From a virus (taxonomy: Duplodnaviria; Caudoviricetes): DNA of 61,545 nucleotides. The position numbers and the translations under genes are program-made. Every line of letters starts with the position of its first letter. Position 1 is the first letter of the stretch. A model generated the notes under the pieces. That model was given only the letters and a program-made list of their open reading frames with translations, did not search any database and had not been told where the DNA came from. Shown piece by piece: positions 36,662 through 47,200 of this stretch. The stretch lies in IMG/VR virus record IMGVR_UViG_3300009514_000363, positions 1 to 61,545 of that record; one strand, written 5' to 3'.

Positions 36662-37327
36662 ATGTTTACCCATGTTCAAATCTCTGAATTGCCACAGATT
36701 ATACAAAAGAATAAAGCAAATGGCAAGCGCTATTACATTACACCCGATGGTAACGAATATCCATCCGTAACAACGGTCTTGGGTGCTAAGGAAAAGCCTT
36801 GGCTTGAGGATTGGAGAAAGATGCTTGGTGATAAAAAAGCAGCCAAGGAAACCCAACGCTGTGCTGACCGTGGAACCGCAATCCATTCATTAGCTGAAAA
36901 GTACCTTAATAACGAAGAAATTATCACAAAAGGCGTAAGGCCAGAATATATTAGTGATTTCAATAAGTTAAAGTTAGGACTTAATAAAATTAATAATATT
37001 CGGGCGCAAGAAGTTGGTTTATATAGTGATCGTATGAGAATCGCTGGAACGGTAGACTGCGTGGCTGAATATAATAATGTGCTGTCTATTATTGATTTCA
37101 AGACTTCAACTAATAACAAAACCAAAGATATGATCGACGATTACTTTAAACAATGTACCGCCTATGCGATTGCATGGCATGAACGCACAGGTGAAGCTAT
37201 TGAAAACATTACTGTCATCATAGCTGTGGAACGTTCCATGATGCCCTTAATTTTCCAAGAAAAGATAGAAAATTGGATTTCTCCACTGCTTAAAGATATC
37301 GCTGATTTCAATGCTGAGAATAAATAA
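36662..37327 (+). CDS. PD-(D/E)XK exonuclease (Cas4/lambda-exo-like)
   Basis: YPSVTTVL, RGTAIH, AGTVDC, IIDFKTS, YFKQ..AYA. Confidence 0.88.
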   Translation: MFTHVQISELPQIIQKNKANGKRYYITPDGNEYPSVTTVLGAKEKPWLEDWRKMLGDKKAAKETQRCADRGTAIHSLAEKYLNNEEIITKGVRPEYISDFNKLKLGLNKINNIRAQEVGLYSDRMRIAGTVDCVAEYNNVLSIIDFKTSTNNKTKDMIDDYFKQCTAYAIAWHERTGEAIENITVIIAVERSMMPLIFQEKIENWISPLLKDIADFNAENK

Positions 37328-37352
37328 AAGAAACGTTCTATAGGGGAAATAC

Positions 37353-38237
37353 ATGGAATTTCAAAATTTAGATGAATTAAAACAACTTTTTCTTGGAGGT
37401 GGCTTCCCTTTCCCCGATGAAATGCTGGTTAATGGTATCAAATATAAAGTCAATAAATCGTCCGATTATACAATGGCAGAAATGATTAAAAAAGGATATA
37501 AGGCAATGTGGATATACTTTACGCCTTATCGTGAACAATCGCAAGCCGCTGGTTTAAATCATGCTATTGTATTCCTTTGGGGATTTATTCCCAACAAACT
37601 TGCCATGGTACCGTATGATGTTCGTGCTACATCAAAAGCGCGGCTTTCGGGTCCAATTACTGAAAAAACTGATAATGGTAACAGTGTTAATATTGCAAAA
37701 GAAAAAATCATTGGTGATTGTGTGGATGTGATAATTACTAGCATACCAAACAGTTCTCCAATGAAAGGTAAAGTAGATACTGGTGCTGACGTTTCTTCGA
37801 TTCACGCAGAAGAATGGAGCGTCGATAATGGACAAGTAACTTTTATCTGTCCTGAATTATCAGAAAATAAAATTACCCTTCCTGTCCTTGAAAAACAGGC
37901 AATTAAATCATCAAATGGTGATATGGAATATCGTCCTGTTATTGAATTAAATATTAAGATTAATAATCAACAATTAACTAATGTTATGTTTAATTTAAAT
38001 GATCGTGGTACGATGTCATATCCTATTCTGGTCGGACAGAATATCCTTGAATGTGGTGGATTTATGATTGATCCTACCATTGATGATCCAGACAATTTAG
38101 ACGAAGATATTGAAATTGATTGGGAAGCATTACAAGAAGAATTCAAAGATGATGTTGTTCTGGATATTATAGCAGAAGATAGATCGGCTTACATGACCAA
38201 AATAATTGACTTCATAAAAACAGAAATAGAAAAATGA
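37353..38237 (+). CDS. retropepsin-like protease (RimK-associated putative Zn-protease family) with N-terminal extension
   Basis: GKVDTGADVSSIHA, EYRPVI, LNDR..MSYPILVGQN. Confidence 0.75.
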   Translation: MEFQNLDELKQLFLGGGFPFPDEMLVNGIKYKVNKSSDYTMAEMIKKGYKAMWIYFTPYREQSQAAGLNHAIVFLWGFIPNKLAMVPYDVRATSKARLSGPITEKTDNGNSVNIAKEKIIGDCVDVIITSIPNSSPMKGKVDTGADVSSIHAEEWSVDNGQVTFICPELSENKITLPVLEKQAIKSSNGDMEYRPVIELNIKINNQQLTNVMFNLNDRGTMSYPILVGQNILECGGFMIDPTIDDPDNLDEDIEIDWEALQEEFKDDVVLDIIAEDRSAYMTKIIDFIKTEIEK

Positions 38238-38716
38238 AAGTTCAAGATATACTTATAGAAGTATGGGATGACGAAAATGAAAGGGAATTTGAAAATCCTA
38301 TCCCACACGATTCCAGTAAAATGGAAGATGCTTTTGAGTATATGGATGAAGTCGATGGTGATTTGGTAACATTGTATAAACAAGAACGTGGGATAAAAGA
38401 GTTTCCAAGTGGTGCAGAGTATGGTAAAGCATTACAAGTGCAAAGAAACAAGTTTGGTGAAATTACAAATATACCACTTAATAAAATCTTAGCAAGCGAA
38501 ACGCATCTTCATAAAGACCACATTGACAAAATAATTAAAGATGGAGATATAACGGCTTCAAGTAAACTTCCAATACTTTACAAAATGGGAGCAGTTTATT
38601 TTGTAGGTGATGGCAATCATCGCATTGCTGCAGAGATGATACGTGGTAAAAAAAGCGTTGAAGCGCTCGTCCTTGATGCCGATAGAATTCTAAATCAAAT
38701 AAAAAATAAAGGATAA
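38234..38716 (+). CDS. ParB/Srx-like domain protein
   Basis: LPILYK...YFVGDGNHRIAA. Confidence 0.7.
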   Translation: MKVQDILIEVWDDENEREFENPIPHDSSKMEDAFEYMDEVDGDLVTLYKQERGIKEFPSGAEYGKALQVQRNKFGEITNIPLNKILASETHLHKDHIDKIIKDGDITASSKLPILYKMGAVYFVGDGNHRIAAEMIRGKKSVEALVLDADRILNQIKNKG

Positions 38717-38720
38717 ACAT

Positions 38721-39344
38721 ATGGCAGTTCCAAAGTCGCCCTTCTACGTGGTACAAGATTTCCTTACCCCAAAACAATGTGAAATAATTGTTGATAATTT
38801 GGGATATTATTCGCCTGATCTTAACAAAGAAGGCAAGCCAATAAAAATGATGCGACACCATGCAGACTCTGAAAAAATTATTTATAATAAATTCAAATCA
38901 CTAATACCGGATTTTGAAAAATATTACAATTTTGAACATAGAGGTACTGAACCAGTAACGTTTGAATTCATTGCAGAGGGAGTTGAACCAGAAGCTATTT
39001 GTGATAGTTCTAAATGGATTAAGAAGAAATGGGTTAGAACTAAGGACAGAGATTTTAGTGCTGTATTATTTCTAAGCGATTATCAGGAAGATTTACCATT
39101 CGATTCAGATTATGAAGTGTATGGTGGAAAGTTGGAATTCCTGCAACACAAATTTGGATTTAATCCCGAGCGCGGAACGCTTATCGTATATCCAAGCAGT
39201 CCTCATTTTATCAATGCAATATCCCAAATTATTGCAGGTGATTTATTTTTGGCACGTTGGTACATGGCAGGAAAGATGCCATATCTGTACCAGCCGGCTG
39301 ATTTTCCTGGGAATTATCTTAGCTGGTTCTCCGATTTAACATAA
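38721..39344 (+). CDS. 2OG-Fe(II) oxygenase (prolyl-hydroxylase-like) fold protein, possibly degenerate
   Basis: DFLTPKQCE, RDFSAVLFLSD, YGGKLEF, PERGTLIVYPS; no clear HxD iron ligands. Confidence 0.65.
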   Translation: MAVPKSPFYVVQDFLTPKQCEIIVDNLGYYSPDLNKEGKPIKMMRHHADSEKIIYNKFKSLIPDFEKYYNFEHRGTEPVTFEFIAEGVEPEAICDSSKWIKKKWVRTKDRDFSAVLFLSDYQEDLPFDSDYEVYGGKLEFLQHKFGFNPERGTLIVYPSSPHFINAISQIIAGDLFLARWYMAGKMPYLYQPADFPGNYLSWFSDLT

Positions 39345-39353
39345 AAATAATCC

Positions 39354-39382
39354 TTGACATATATCAAAAATTGGGTTATAAT
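39354..39382 (+). promoter_or_regulatory. consensus sigma70 promoter
   Basis: TTGACA-17-TATAAT. Confidence 0.8.
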
Positions 39383-39418
39383 TCTGACGATTTTAAAACA
39401 TAAAACAGGAATAAGCAT

Positions 39419-40456
39419 ATGAAAATTTTGTATATAGCCAAAAGCAAGGCTATGGAGATATTTAATATGGAAAATATGAAGAATTTTTTTAAGCATTTCA
39501 CAGATACTTATCATTATGTGAGCGAAAAATGGGTAATTTTTAATCATCATATCGGTTCGGGTTCTACTAATTCATTGATAAGCATGTTTATTATTGCAAT
39601 TACTATTTTGGCGATAACTATTGGTACTGCAAATGTCAATGTTATGTTAGCAAATAAAGAAGTAGAATTGGCTAAGATACAAGCTGAAATTGCAAAAGAA
39701 AAAACGCAGCGTGATATTGAAATTGCAAAAGTACGTGCTGACGCTATGATTGATGTGGCAGAATATCAAGCACGGCAAGAAGAGGCGCGAGCTGCTACTA
39801 ATCCTTATATGGCTGCTGCATATCATGGTACATCAACGCCGGTTAATGTATTCATTGATGCTAATGATTCGAAGTATGTGATTGAAACATCAGATGGTGC
39901 TACTGAAATCGCAATAAGTACGATTACTGTAAAAGGTACTAAATATACACCTTCACAGCGTAAACTAATGGAAATGGCTTTTCATATTGGTAAAGAAATA
40001 GGATTCCCCGAAACTGTTCAATCGTTCTTATTACAAGAAACACTTGCCGGTGCATATGGTGATAGAATTGGTGATACTAATCTTCCAATTGGAAAACGAA
40101 GTTATGGTGTTATGCAAATGAAAGTTGCTACCGCGCTCAAAGTATTAAAATCATATCCGATGCTGGTAACTAAATATTTTCCATCTCGCAAAAAACTTAA
40201 ACGTATTCGTGATGAAGAACTCATTATTAAGTTAATTCAAGATGATGAGTTTAATATTCGTTTGGCTTCTTTGAATTTCCTAATACATCGGAAAGCGTCA
40301 AAAAGTTGGGCACAATCTGTTGTTGCATATAATACTGGACAAGGCGCAGCTAATCAGATTTCTGAACCCAAAAAACATAAGTACTATGGGCGCATTCTTA
40401 AAAGATTGATATCAGAAGTGCGGCCATTTAATAAGAAAGCAAATTTATCTATATAA
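39419..40456 (+). CDS. membrane-anchored lytic transglycosylase / lysozyme-like protein
   Basis: TM helix, coiled coil, then LLQET (catalytic Glu), SYGVMQM and AYNTG motifs; start may be a downstream Met. Confidence 0.75.
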   Translation: MKILYIAKSKAMEIFNMENMKNFFKHFTDTYHYVSEKWVIFNHHIGSGSTNSLISMFIIAITILAITIGTANVNVMLANKEVELAKIQAEIAKEKTQRDIEIAKVRADAMIDVAEYQARQEEARAATNPYMAAAYHGTSTPVNVFIDANDSKYVIETSDGATEIAISTITVKGTKYTPSQRKLMEMAFHIGKEIGFPETVQSFLLQETLAGAYGDRIGDTNLPIGKRSYGVMQMKVATALKVLKSYPMLVTKYFPSRKKLKRIRDEELIIKLIQDDEFNIRLASLNFLIHRKASKSWAQSVVAYNTGQGAANQISEPKKHKYYGRILKRLISEVRPFNKKANLSI

Positions 40457-40525
40457 CCTATTGTATTTTTATTCTTCTTGTGTTATAGTACCAAAATATT
40501 ATAACAACAACCATGGAGAATAATA

Positions 40526-40798
40526 ATGACAATAGTGGTAAATGAAGCAGACCGCAAAGCTTTAAAAACAATGATTGTAGAAATGACACATTGTTTAGAA
40601 CGTATCGACGGTGAAAAGGAACAAATGAAAGACATCGCCGACGCGGCAGAAGAAAAGTTTGAAATCAAAAAGAAGTATATCAACAAAATGGCCAGAACTA
40701 TGTATAAGCATAACTATGCTGATCTACAACAAGAATCTGAACATTTTGAATACTTGTATGAAGCGGTAATTGAAGGCAATGAAATTCCAGAAGATTAA
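40526..40798 (+). CDS. small dsDNA-binding protein (T4 DsbA/GapR-like)
   Basis: 90 aa; RIDGEKEQMKDI...EKFEI.KKYINKMARTMYK.NY. Confidence 0.6.
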   Translation: MTIVVNEADRKALKTMIVEMTHCLERIDGEKEQMKDIADAAEEKFEIKKKYINKMARTMYKHNYADLQQESEHFEYLYEAVIEGNEIPED

Positions 40799-40799
40799 T

Positions 40800-40826
40800 A
40801 AAAAAGGGGCATTACGCCCCTTTTTT
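40800..40826. terminator. bidirectional intrinsic terminator between convergent genes
   Basis: AAAAAAGGGGC-ATTAC-GCCCCTTTTTT. Confidence 0.85.
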
Positions 40827-40847
40827 ATTTCTTAGGTTAAGTAGTTA

Positions 40848-43800
40848 TTATGCTACAGGTAAACCCGTTGTTACGTCAATCCATACTTCTGGACTTCCCG
40901 TGGTACGACCAAAACACATTGAACCAGTAGGTGCTGGTGAACCACTTGCTGTTGCATCAGTAACATAAATCATGCCGCCAGCGACAACTGCTGGTAAAGT
41001 ACCAAGTGTATATGCTGGTAACTGTGGAACACCAGTAAATACAGGACTTGCTTTTGGTGCCTTTTCAGTATCAAGTTCATTGATTGCGGCAGTAACATCA
41101 GTAGCAACAAGACTCGTTGGTGAGCCAGGTGCGAATGATACGTTATCACCATCCAATGTTGCATTTTGCCATTCGGCAGGCGATCCTTGATATACAAGGA
41201 CTTGGCCTGCGGTAGCACCAGCAATAGTAACATCAGTTAAATCATCTGCTGCATGTGTATGACCGGTTGCTGCCTTTTCACTATCAAGTTCAAGAAGTGC
41301 ATCTTGAACGTTGTTTGCTGCAATATTTTGTGGTGAACCGGCTGTAAATGTTATATCGGCAGCATCGTGTACATGACCAACAGCACTAATACCTGCTTCT
41401 GCTAATGTATTATTTTGCCATTCAGCAGGACTTCCTTGATAAACCAATACTTCACCTGAACCAACGGAAGCAATAGTCGTATCACTTAAACTATCAACCG
41501 TGTGTACATGACCAACAGCACTAATGCCTGCTTCTGCTAATGTATTATTTTGCCATTCAGCAGGACTTCCTTGATAAACCAATACTTCGCCTGAACCAAT
41601 AGAAGCAATTGTTGTGTTACTTAAATCATCAACTGCATGTGTATGACCAACAGCACTAATGCCTGCTTCTGCTAATGTTGCATTGACCCAACTAACAGGT
41701 GAGCCTGTAGAAAACATTACTTCGCCAGCATCAAGTGTAGTAATAGTAACATCAGTTAAATCATCTGCTGCATGTGTATGACCGGTTGCTGCCTTTTCAC
41801 TATCAAGTTCAAGAAGTGCATCTTGAACATTATTAGCCGCAATATTTTGTGGTGAACCAGCACTGAATGTTATAATAGCAGCATCATGTACATGACCAAC
41901 AGCACTAATGCCTGCTTCTGCAAGTGTGTTATTCTGCCATTCAGCTGGCGAACCTTGATAAACCAATACTTCACCTGAACCAACAGAAGCAATTGTTGTG
42001 TTACTTAAATCATCAACCGTGTGTACATGGCCAACAGCACTAATGCCTGCTTCTGCTAATGTTGCGTTTATCCATCCAAGTGGTGAACCACTTGACATCA
42101 ATACTTCGCCAACAGCAAGAGAAGTAACAGTAACATCTGTTGAATCGTCAAGAACATGTGTATGTGTTGCCGATGCTTTTTCTGAATCAAGTTCATCAAG
42201 AGCACCCTGTACAGTAACAGCGGAAATCCCTTCAGGACTTCCTGATGGGACATATGTGATTTCAGAAGCAAGATAATCACCAGCAGTAGCAACTACAGCA
42301 CCAGTACGACCTTCAAAAGAATTAACAACTTGCGCATTTGTCCAACCAGCTGGACTGCCTCCATATACTAATACGTCGTCAGCTACCGGCAATGGTGAAC
42401 CATAACTGACATCACTCAATGCAGTGATAACATTATTACCAAGCTCTGATGTTACTTCTGTTGCAAAAGAAGCAGTAACTGCATAGTTTGAAACATTGCC
42501 AATAAAGAAGTTTCCATTATCAAGATTTGGTGTATCGTTAGCACGACCAGCACCAACAACATGGATTACACCAGCGCTTATATTTTGTACTAAGACTTCA
42601 CCAACTTTTTGGATTAAGTTAGTTTCTGCAGCAGGAGCGGGTGTTGCTAAACCGCCACCTGCGGCCACATAAATTTCTATACCAGGTGACCAAGAACTTG
42701 TATCAAATCCTGAAACAATACCAGAAGTGACAACTTCGCCTGCTGTCGTATCTGTAACAGTTGTACCTACAACACCAGCAGCTGGCATATTTGCGGTTAT
42801 AGAAGCATCAGCTTGCTCTACTGTTACATAGGTTCCATCATGACCAACAATATAAACAGGTTCACCTACATTAATGGTACCTGCTGTACTTTTCTTGGCC
42901 ATAAAGAAATTTCTTATCGCACCATTTTGTGGTACCCAACCAGAACCATCATATCCTAATACATCATAGTTATCAAGAAGAGAAGGTGAACCAGGAACAT
43001 CAACATCAAATAAATTGTTTAATGTAGCAGCTCGAAATTCTAACGCTGTTTCCCCTGCATTAACCATTACAAATTGTGAAGCATCAGATGCATATGAAGC
43101 TGGCGCGTCAGTTAAACCAAGGAATGTAGTTACGCCGACAGGGTTAACAGTAGGAACCCAAGCAGAACCATTCCATGCAAGTACATCAGCAACTTGTGGT
43201 GTAGGTGAACCACCCAATGTAGTATCAACATCACTTAATGCATTAATACTATTATTGGCCAGTTCAGATGTTACTTGTGTAGCAAAACCTGTATTTGTCC
43301 AAGCTGTACCATTGAAACGTAAAATATCATCCAATGTTGGCTGCGGTGAACCTGTAAGTGTAACATCATTAATATCGCCAATAGTAAAGCTGTCAGCAAC
43401 GGCGGAAGGATCAATATCAATAGTAACGTTTTTGTTTGAAGCGTCGTTAGCCACAACAATACCACCAGTACCAGCTGGCAAAGCCGCTATACCTTTAAAT
43501 TCTAAATCATTGCCGTTAGTAGCATAAAATACATCAATACCGCCAATACTGACACCACTTCCTGTTAAGATAACAGTTCCTGGAATCCATTTTGAAGTCC
43601 CAGTATCATATGTTAGTGCTTGTCCATCGACAGATTCTGGTGAACCATCTACAACAACGTCCGTTAAATCATCAAGAATATGTGCATGTGTTGTATCAGA
43701 TTTTAATGCCAACTCTGTTAAGATTTTTGTTACTGACCATAAAGAAGTTGCATTATTTGCTGGACTACCGGTACCTGCATTATCATCAATTTGTCTGTGT

Positions 43801-44195
43801 AATGCATTGTTAGCTATGTGCGTATCAATGTCAGCATGTGAATTTGTTCCAATGTTTAGAATCGCTGTATGATCAATGCTTGTTTCGGTAAAGTGAATAT
43901 TTGCATTTCCAATATGTGTGTCTTGATTCGTACCATCCGTGGAAACATCTCGTCCATCTATTAGGCCAACATTGGTTATAGCATTGCCACCCATATTCAA
44001 ATCGGCTAACATACTATTTGTATCTTGAGGACTTCCAGCGCCGCGAAGAAGATAATCACCATCAAGTGTTGCTTTCGCGCCACTGTCTGTCGTGACACCA
44101 TCGGCGATATGACCTATTGCAGTCGCATTGTCCTTGATTTCGTTCGCGACATCTATGATATTAAGCTGTGAACCTAACGGTTTTTTCTGAGCCAT
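40848..44195 (-). CDS. long tail-fibre-like virion protein with GSP-containing repeats
   Basis: 1115 aa; LDDLTDV..GEVLVY..W, HTH/HVH, NVQDALLELDSEKA and VNSFEGRTGAV fibre motifs. Confidence 0.8.
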   Translation of the reverse strand: MAQKKPLGSQLNIIDVANEIKDNATAIGHIADGVTTDSGAKATLDGDYLLRGAGSPQDTNSMLADLNMGGNAITNVGLIDGRDVSTDGTNQDTHIGNANIHFTETSIDHTAILNIGTNSHADIDTHIANNALHRQIDDNAGTGSPANNATSLWSVTKILTELALKSDTTHAHILDDLTDVVVDGSPESVDGQALTYDTGTSKWIPGTVILTGSGVSIGGIDVFYATNGNDLEFKGIAALPAGTGGIVVANDASNKNVTIDIDPSAVADSFTIGDINDVTLTGSPQPTLDDILRFNGTAWTNTGFATQVTSELANNSINALSDVDTTLGGSPTPQVADVLAWNGSAWVPTVNPVGVTTFLGLTDAPASYASDASQFVMVNAGETALEFRAATLNNLFDVDVPGSPSLLDNYDVLGYDGSGWVPQNGAIRNFFMAKKSTAGTINVGEPVYIVGHDGTYVTVEQADASITANMPAAGVVGTTVTDTTAGEVVTSGIVSGFDTSSWSPGIEIYVAAGGGLATPAPAAETNLIQKVGEVLVQNISAGVIHVVGAGRANDTPNLDNGNFFIGNVSNYAVTASFATEVTSELGNNVITALSDVSYGSPLPVADDVLVYGGSPAGWTNAQVVNSFEGRTGAVVATAGDYLASEITYVPSGSPEGISAVTVQGALDELDSEKASATHTHVLDDSTDVTVTSLAVGEVLMSSGSPLGWINATLAEAGISAVGHVHTVDDLSNTTIASVGSGEVLVYQGSPAEWQNNTLAEAGISAVGHVHDAAIITFSAGSPQNIAANNVQDALLELDSEKAATGHTHAADDLTDVTITTLDAGEVMFSTGSPVSWVNATLAEAGISAVGHTHAVDDLSNTTIASIGSGEVLVYQGSPAEWQNNTLAEAGISAVGHVHTVDSLSDTTIASVGSGEVLVYQGSPAEWQNNTLAEAGISAVGHVHDAADITFTAGSPQNIAANNVQDALLELDSEKAATGHTHAADDLTDVTIAGATAGQVLVYQGSPAEWQNATLDGDNVSFAPGSPTSLVATDVTAAINELDTEKAPKASPVFTGVPQLPAYTLGTLPAVVAGGMIYVTDATASGSPAPTGSMCFGRTTGSPEVWIDVTTGLPVA
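41150..42200. repeat. intragenic tandem repeats of the fibre shaft
   Basis: Near-identical DNA blocks encoding GEVLVYQGSPAEWQNNTLAEAGISAVGHVH and AGSPQNIAANNVQDALLELDSEKAATGHTHAADDLTDVTI; boundaries approximate. Confidence 0.8.
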
Positions 44196-44207
44196 GTTTT
44201 AATCCCC

Positions 44208-47200
44208 TTATCCTATATAACCAAAGCCATAAAATTCTACATCGGTGCCTTCGGCAGGTTCACTACCAGCATTGAATGTAATAGTAATAGTACCAGTTCC
44301 ATATCCTGCAACAGTATACGCTTTGCCGGCACCTTCTGTTTGTTTAATACCATTAACAAATATTTGTATTGCTGCATGGTTTGCTGCTGGTGCTGGAATA
44401 TTCCATTCTGAACCAGTAAGCGTATACACAAGATCTGTTGTTGGACTACCGCCTTGGCCTGTTTGAATATCATATGCGGGCTGTGCAGGCGTAAGACCAA
44501 CTCTTGCAAGTTCTGTTTCAGAACCGTCAAGACCAGCCTTGAAGTTTTCAAGCGAATCATCCCAAATAAGGGTTGCGCCAAGCGAACTATCTGGTGAACC
44601 AACCGGCGAACCAGCTTCATCACGTACAACGTAAATACCTGCACCAGTACTACCAGATGTTGGACCATTGTAGCCCTTGTTAACAGTAATTTGTTTGTCT
44701 GTTACTTCTAAGTTAGTACTATCAATAAATGTTGTAGTACCAGCAACAGTCATATCAGCATTAACAATAACATTTGAACTAAATGTTATAATGTCTGTAA
44801 ATGTCTTAGTACCAGTAATAGATTCTGAAACGGAACCAGTTGCATGTACAAATTCATCTATATCTGTAGGTGTTATGTTAACCCAATTGGTACCATTGAA
44901 TTGCATAAAATCATTTGCGGATGCGGTACCACTAGGTGAACCAGTAAATACTACATCACTTAAATCAGAAAGAATTGCTGTACCAGTAAAGTAAGTATCA
45001 AGTGCAGCCGCCCAATCATCAATTGCTGTTGCTGCATTGGCATGTGTATGTCCTGCCGTTGCAAAGTCTGCTGCTTTTGAACCACTATCTGTTAAGTCGC
45101 CGGCGGCATCTAAGCCTGCAAAATTTCCTGCAACTGCAGCGGGACTTCCAACAACTTTGTTTGCTTTAGTAGTATCAACTTTATCAGCAGTCCAGAAGTT
45201 AGATGTTGTATTAGCAGTATCATCAACATAGTAAGTAGAATCTTGAATATCACCATTTATTGCAACGCTAACAAAAGTTTCAACATATGGGCTGCCTACT
45301 GGGCTACCTACATGATTTATAAAGTTAGCTTTAAGATCTAATTGATCTTGAACATTTGATGTTACATTACTAAGGAAATTAACATGGGCAGCCGTTAATG
45401 TTTCTGGACTACCCGTAATATTCAATCCATCCAAGAATGCATTTTGTTCTGGTGTCATATGATGTACAACTGGACTTCCAGTTTCATCAATGTGTGCCGT
45501 CAAAGCAACAGTTTGTGCAGTATCTAATGTATCAACATATTCTTTAGATGCTGCGCCAGTCGCTGATGGAGATGCTGGTAAACCAAGAACTTCGCCGCCG
45601 CCAGAGAATGTTAAACTAATGCCAGAATCCATGACAGATGTATCAAGTGGTGAACCAGTTTCACCAGCACGGTCAATCTTGCGTGCAACTTGTGTATCAA
45701 CATATTCTTTAGATGCTGCTGCTGTTGCAGAAGGCGATGCAGGCATACCGAGTACCTCGCCACCGCCAGAGAATTGTAAGCTAATACCCGCGTCCATAAC
45801 AGATCTGGCAAGCGGTGAATCAACTTCTCCGCTTCTACTAATCTTATCATCAAGTTGTGCTTGAACTGTTGTACTAGTATCAATACCAGATAAAGTATTA
45901 ACTTCACCACCCGCTAAGGTAGGGCTTCCTGTCATTACAGTATCCAAGAAAGCATTTTGATCTGCTGTCATATGCCATACAGTTGGGCTTCCCGTGTCTA
46001 TAGCATGTGCATGTAATGCAGCTTGTACAGCCGCAGCTTCAGTATCAACATAAAGTTTTGAAGCTGCCGCATCATCAACAGATGGAGTTGCAGGCAAACC
46101 AAGAACTTCACCATTGTTAAATGTTAAATCTGCGCCAAGATCCATAGTATCACCAGCAGAAAGAACTCTTTCGTCAAGGTGAGTTTGCATTGATTTGCTA
46201 GTATCAATACCGTCTAAAGTATTAATTTCATCTGCATCAGCAGAAATATCTGTTAAATCATCAATCGTGTGTTGGTGATTAGTATAACTAAATGGAGTTA
46301 TTATTAACGTTGGAGTTAACGGTGAACCCAAAAGTGCTGAACGGGAACCTTCCCATACGCCACTTGATTCATTCCATTGTATGAATGCGTCTTGTGGAAG
46401 TGAACCACGATCAACTGCAAAACCTGCCGTGCCTGATCCAAGATCAAGATTAACATGGTCACCATAGTTTATGGTTGTTACGTTGTCTTTAATTCTAACA
46501 TCAACAGAATTAAGAATTGTGGTTGTTTCTACTTGTGGTGAACCTGAAGTATTTTGACCAACAGTGAAGTCACCATTGATAATTAAGTTACCATTCTTAG
46601 TTTCGTTACCAGTTACATGAATGTAATCAGATTCACTAAAATCACTAATAATTGATTTAGTCGCATTGTGGTTAGACCAACCATCTACGGCTTCGTATAT
46701 TAACACTTGTCCTTCTGCTAAAGCAGGCGAACCATGATATTCAACGTCTGCCATTGTATTAAGATTGTTGGTAGTCAACTCATTAGTAACACTAGTAGCA
46801 AAATCTTTATTTTCCCAATAATTTTGTGTTCCATTATAAAGTAAATGTTGTTTATTACCTAAAGGTGGTGAACCATCATGATAAAAAACATCAGCCATTT
46901 TGTCTAACGTATTAAGACTTTCACCTAATTCTGCGGTAAACCAAGCAGAAAGGCCATTGATATCACCAGGGACATGGTTATGGTTCGCAGTAAGAACAGG
47001 TGCTGCTGAACCAACTACACCAAATTCCCATTGTCCTGCATTTTCATCCCATTGGAGAATAGCATCTGGAAGATCTGGACTACCAATACCACGATCAATG
47101 CGAATACCTGCGGTACCTGCACCGCCGCCAACGCCAGCTCCAGTTTCACCATAATTTAAAATTACATGATCATCTTTTACGTACAATTCTGTGGTTTCGA

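Noticed and set aside
36662-37327. Cas4 as part of a CRISPR-Cas system
   Set aside because: Stand-alone PD-(D/E)XK exonuclease typical of T4-like phages; lacks the Fe-S cysteine set and there are no cas genes or array.
41150-42200. Spaced near-identical repeats resembling a CRISPR array or a DGR template/variable pair
   Set aside because: They are in-frame coding repeats of a fibre shaft with mostly synonymous differences; no unique spacers, adenine-specific variation or reverse transcriptase in the window.
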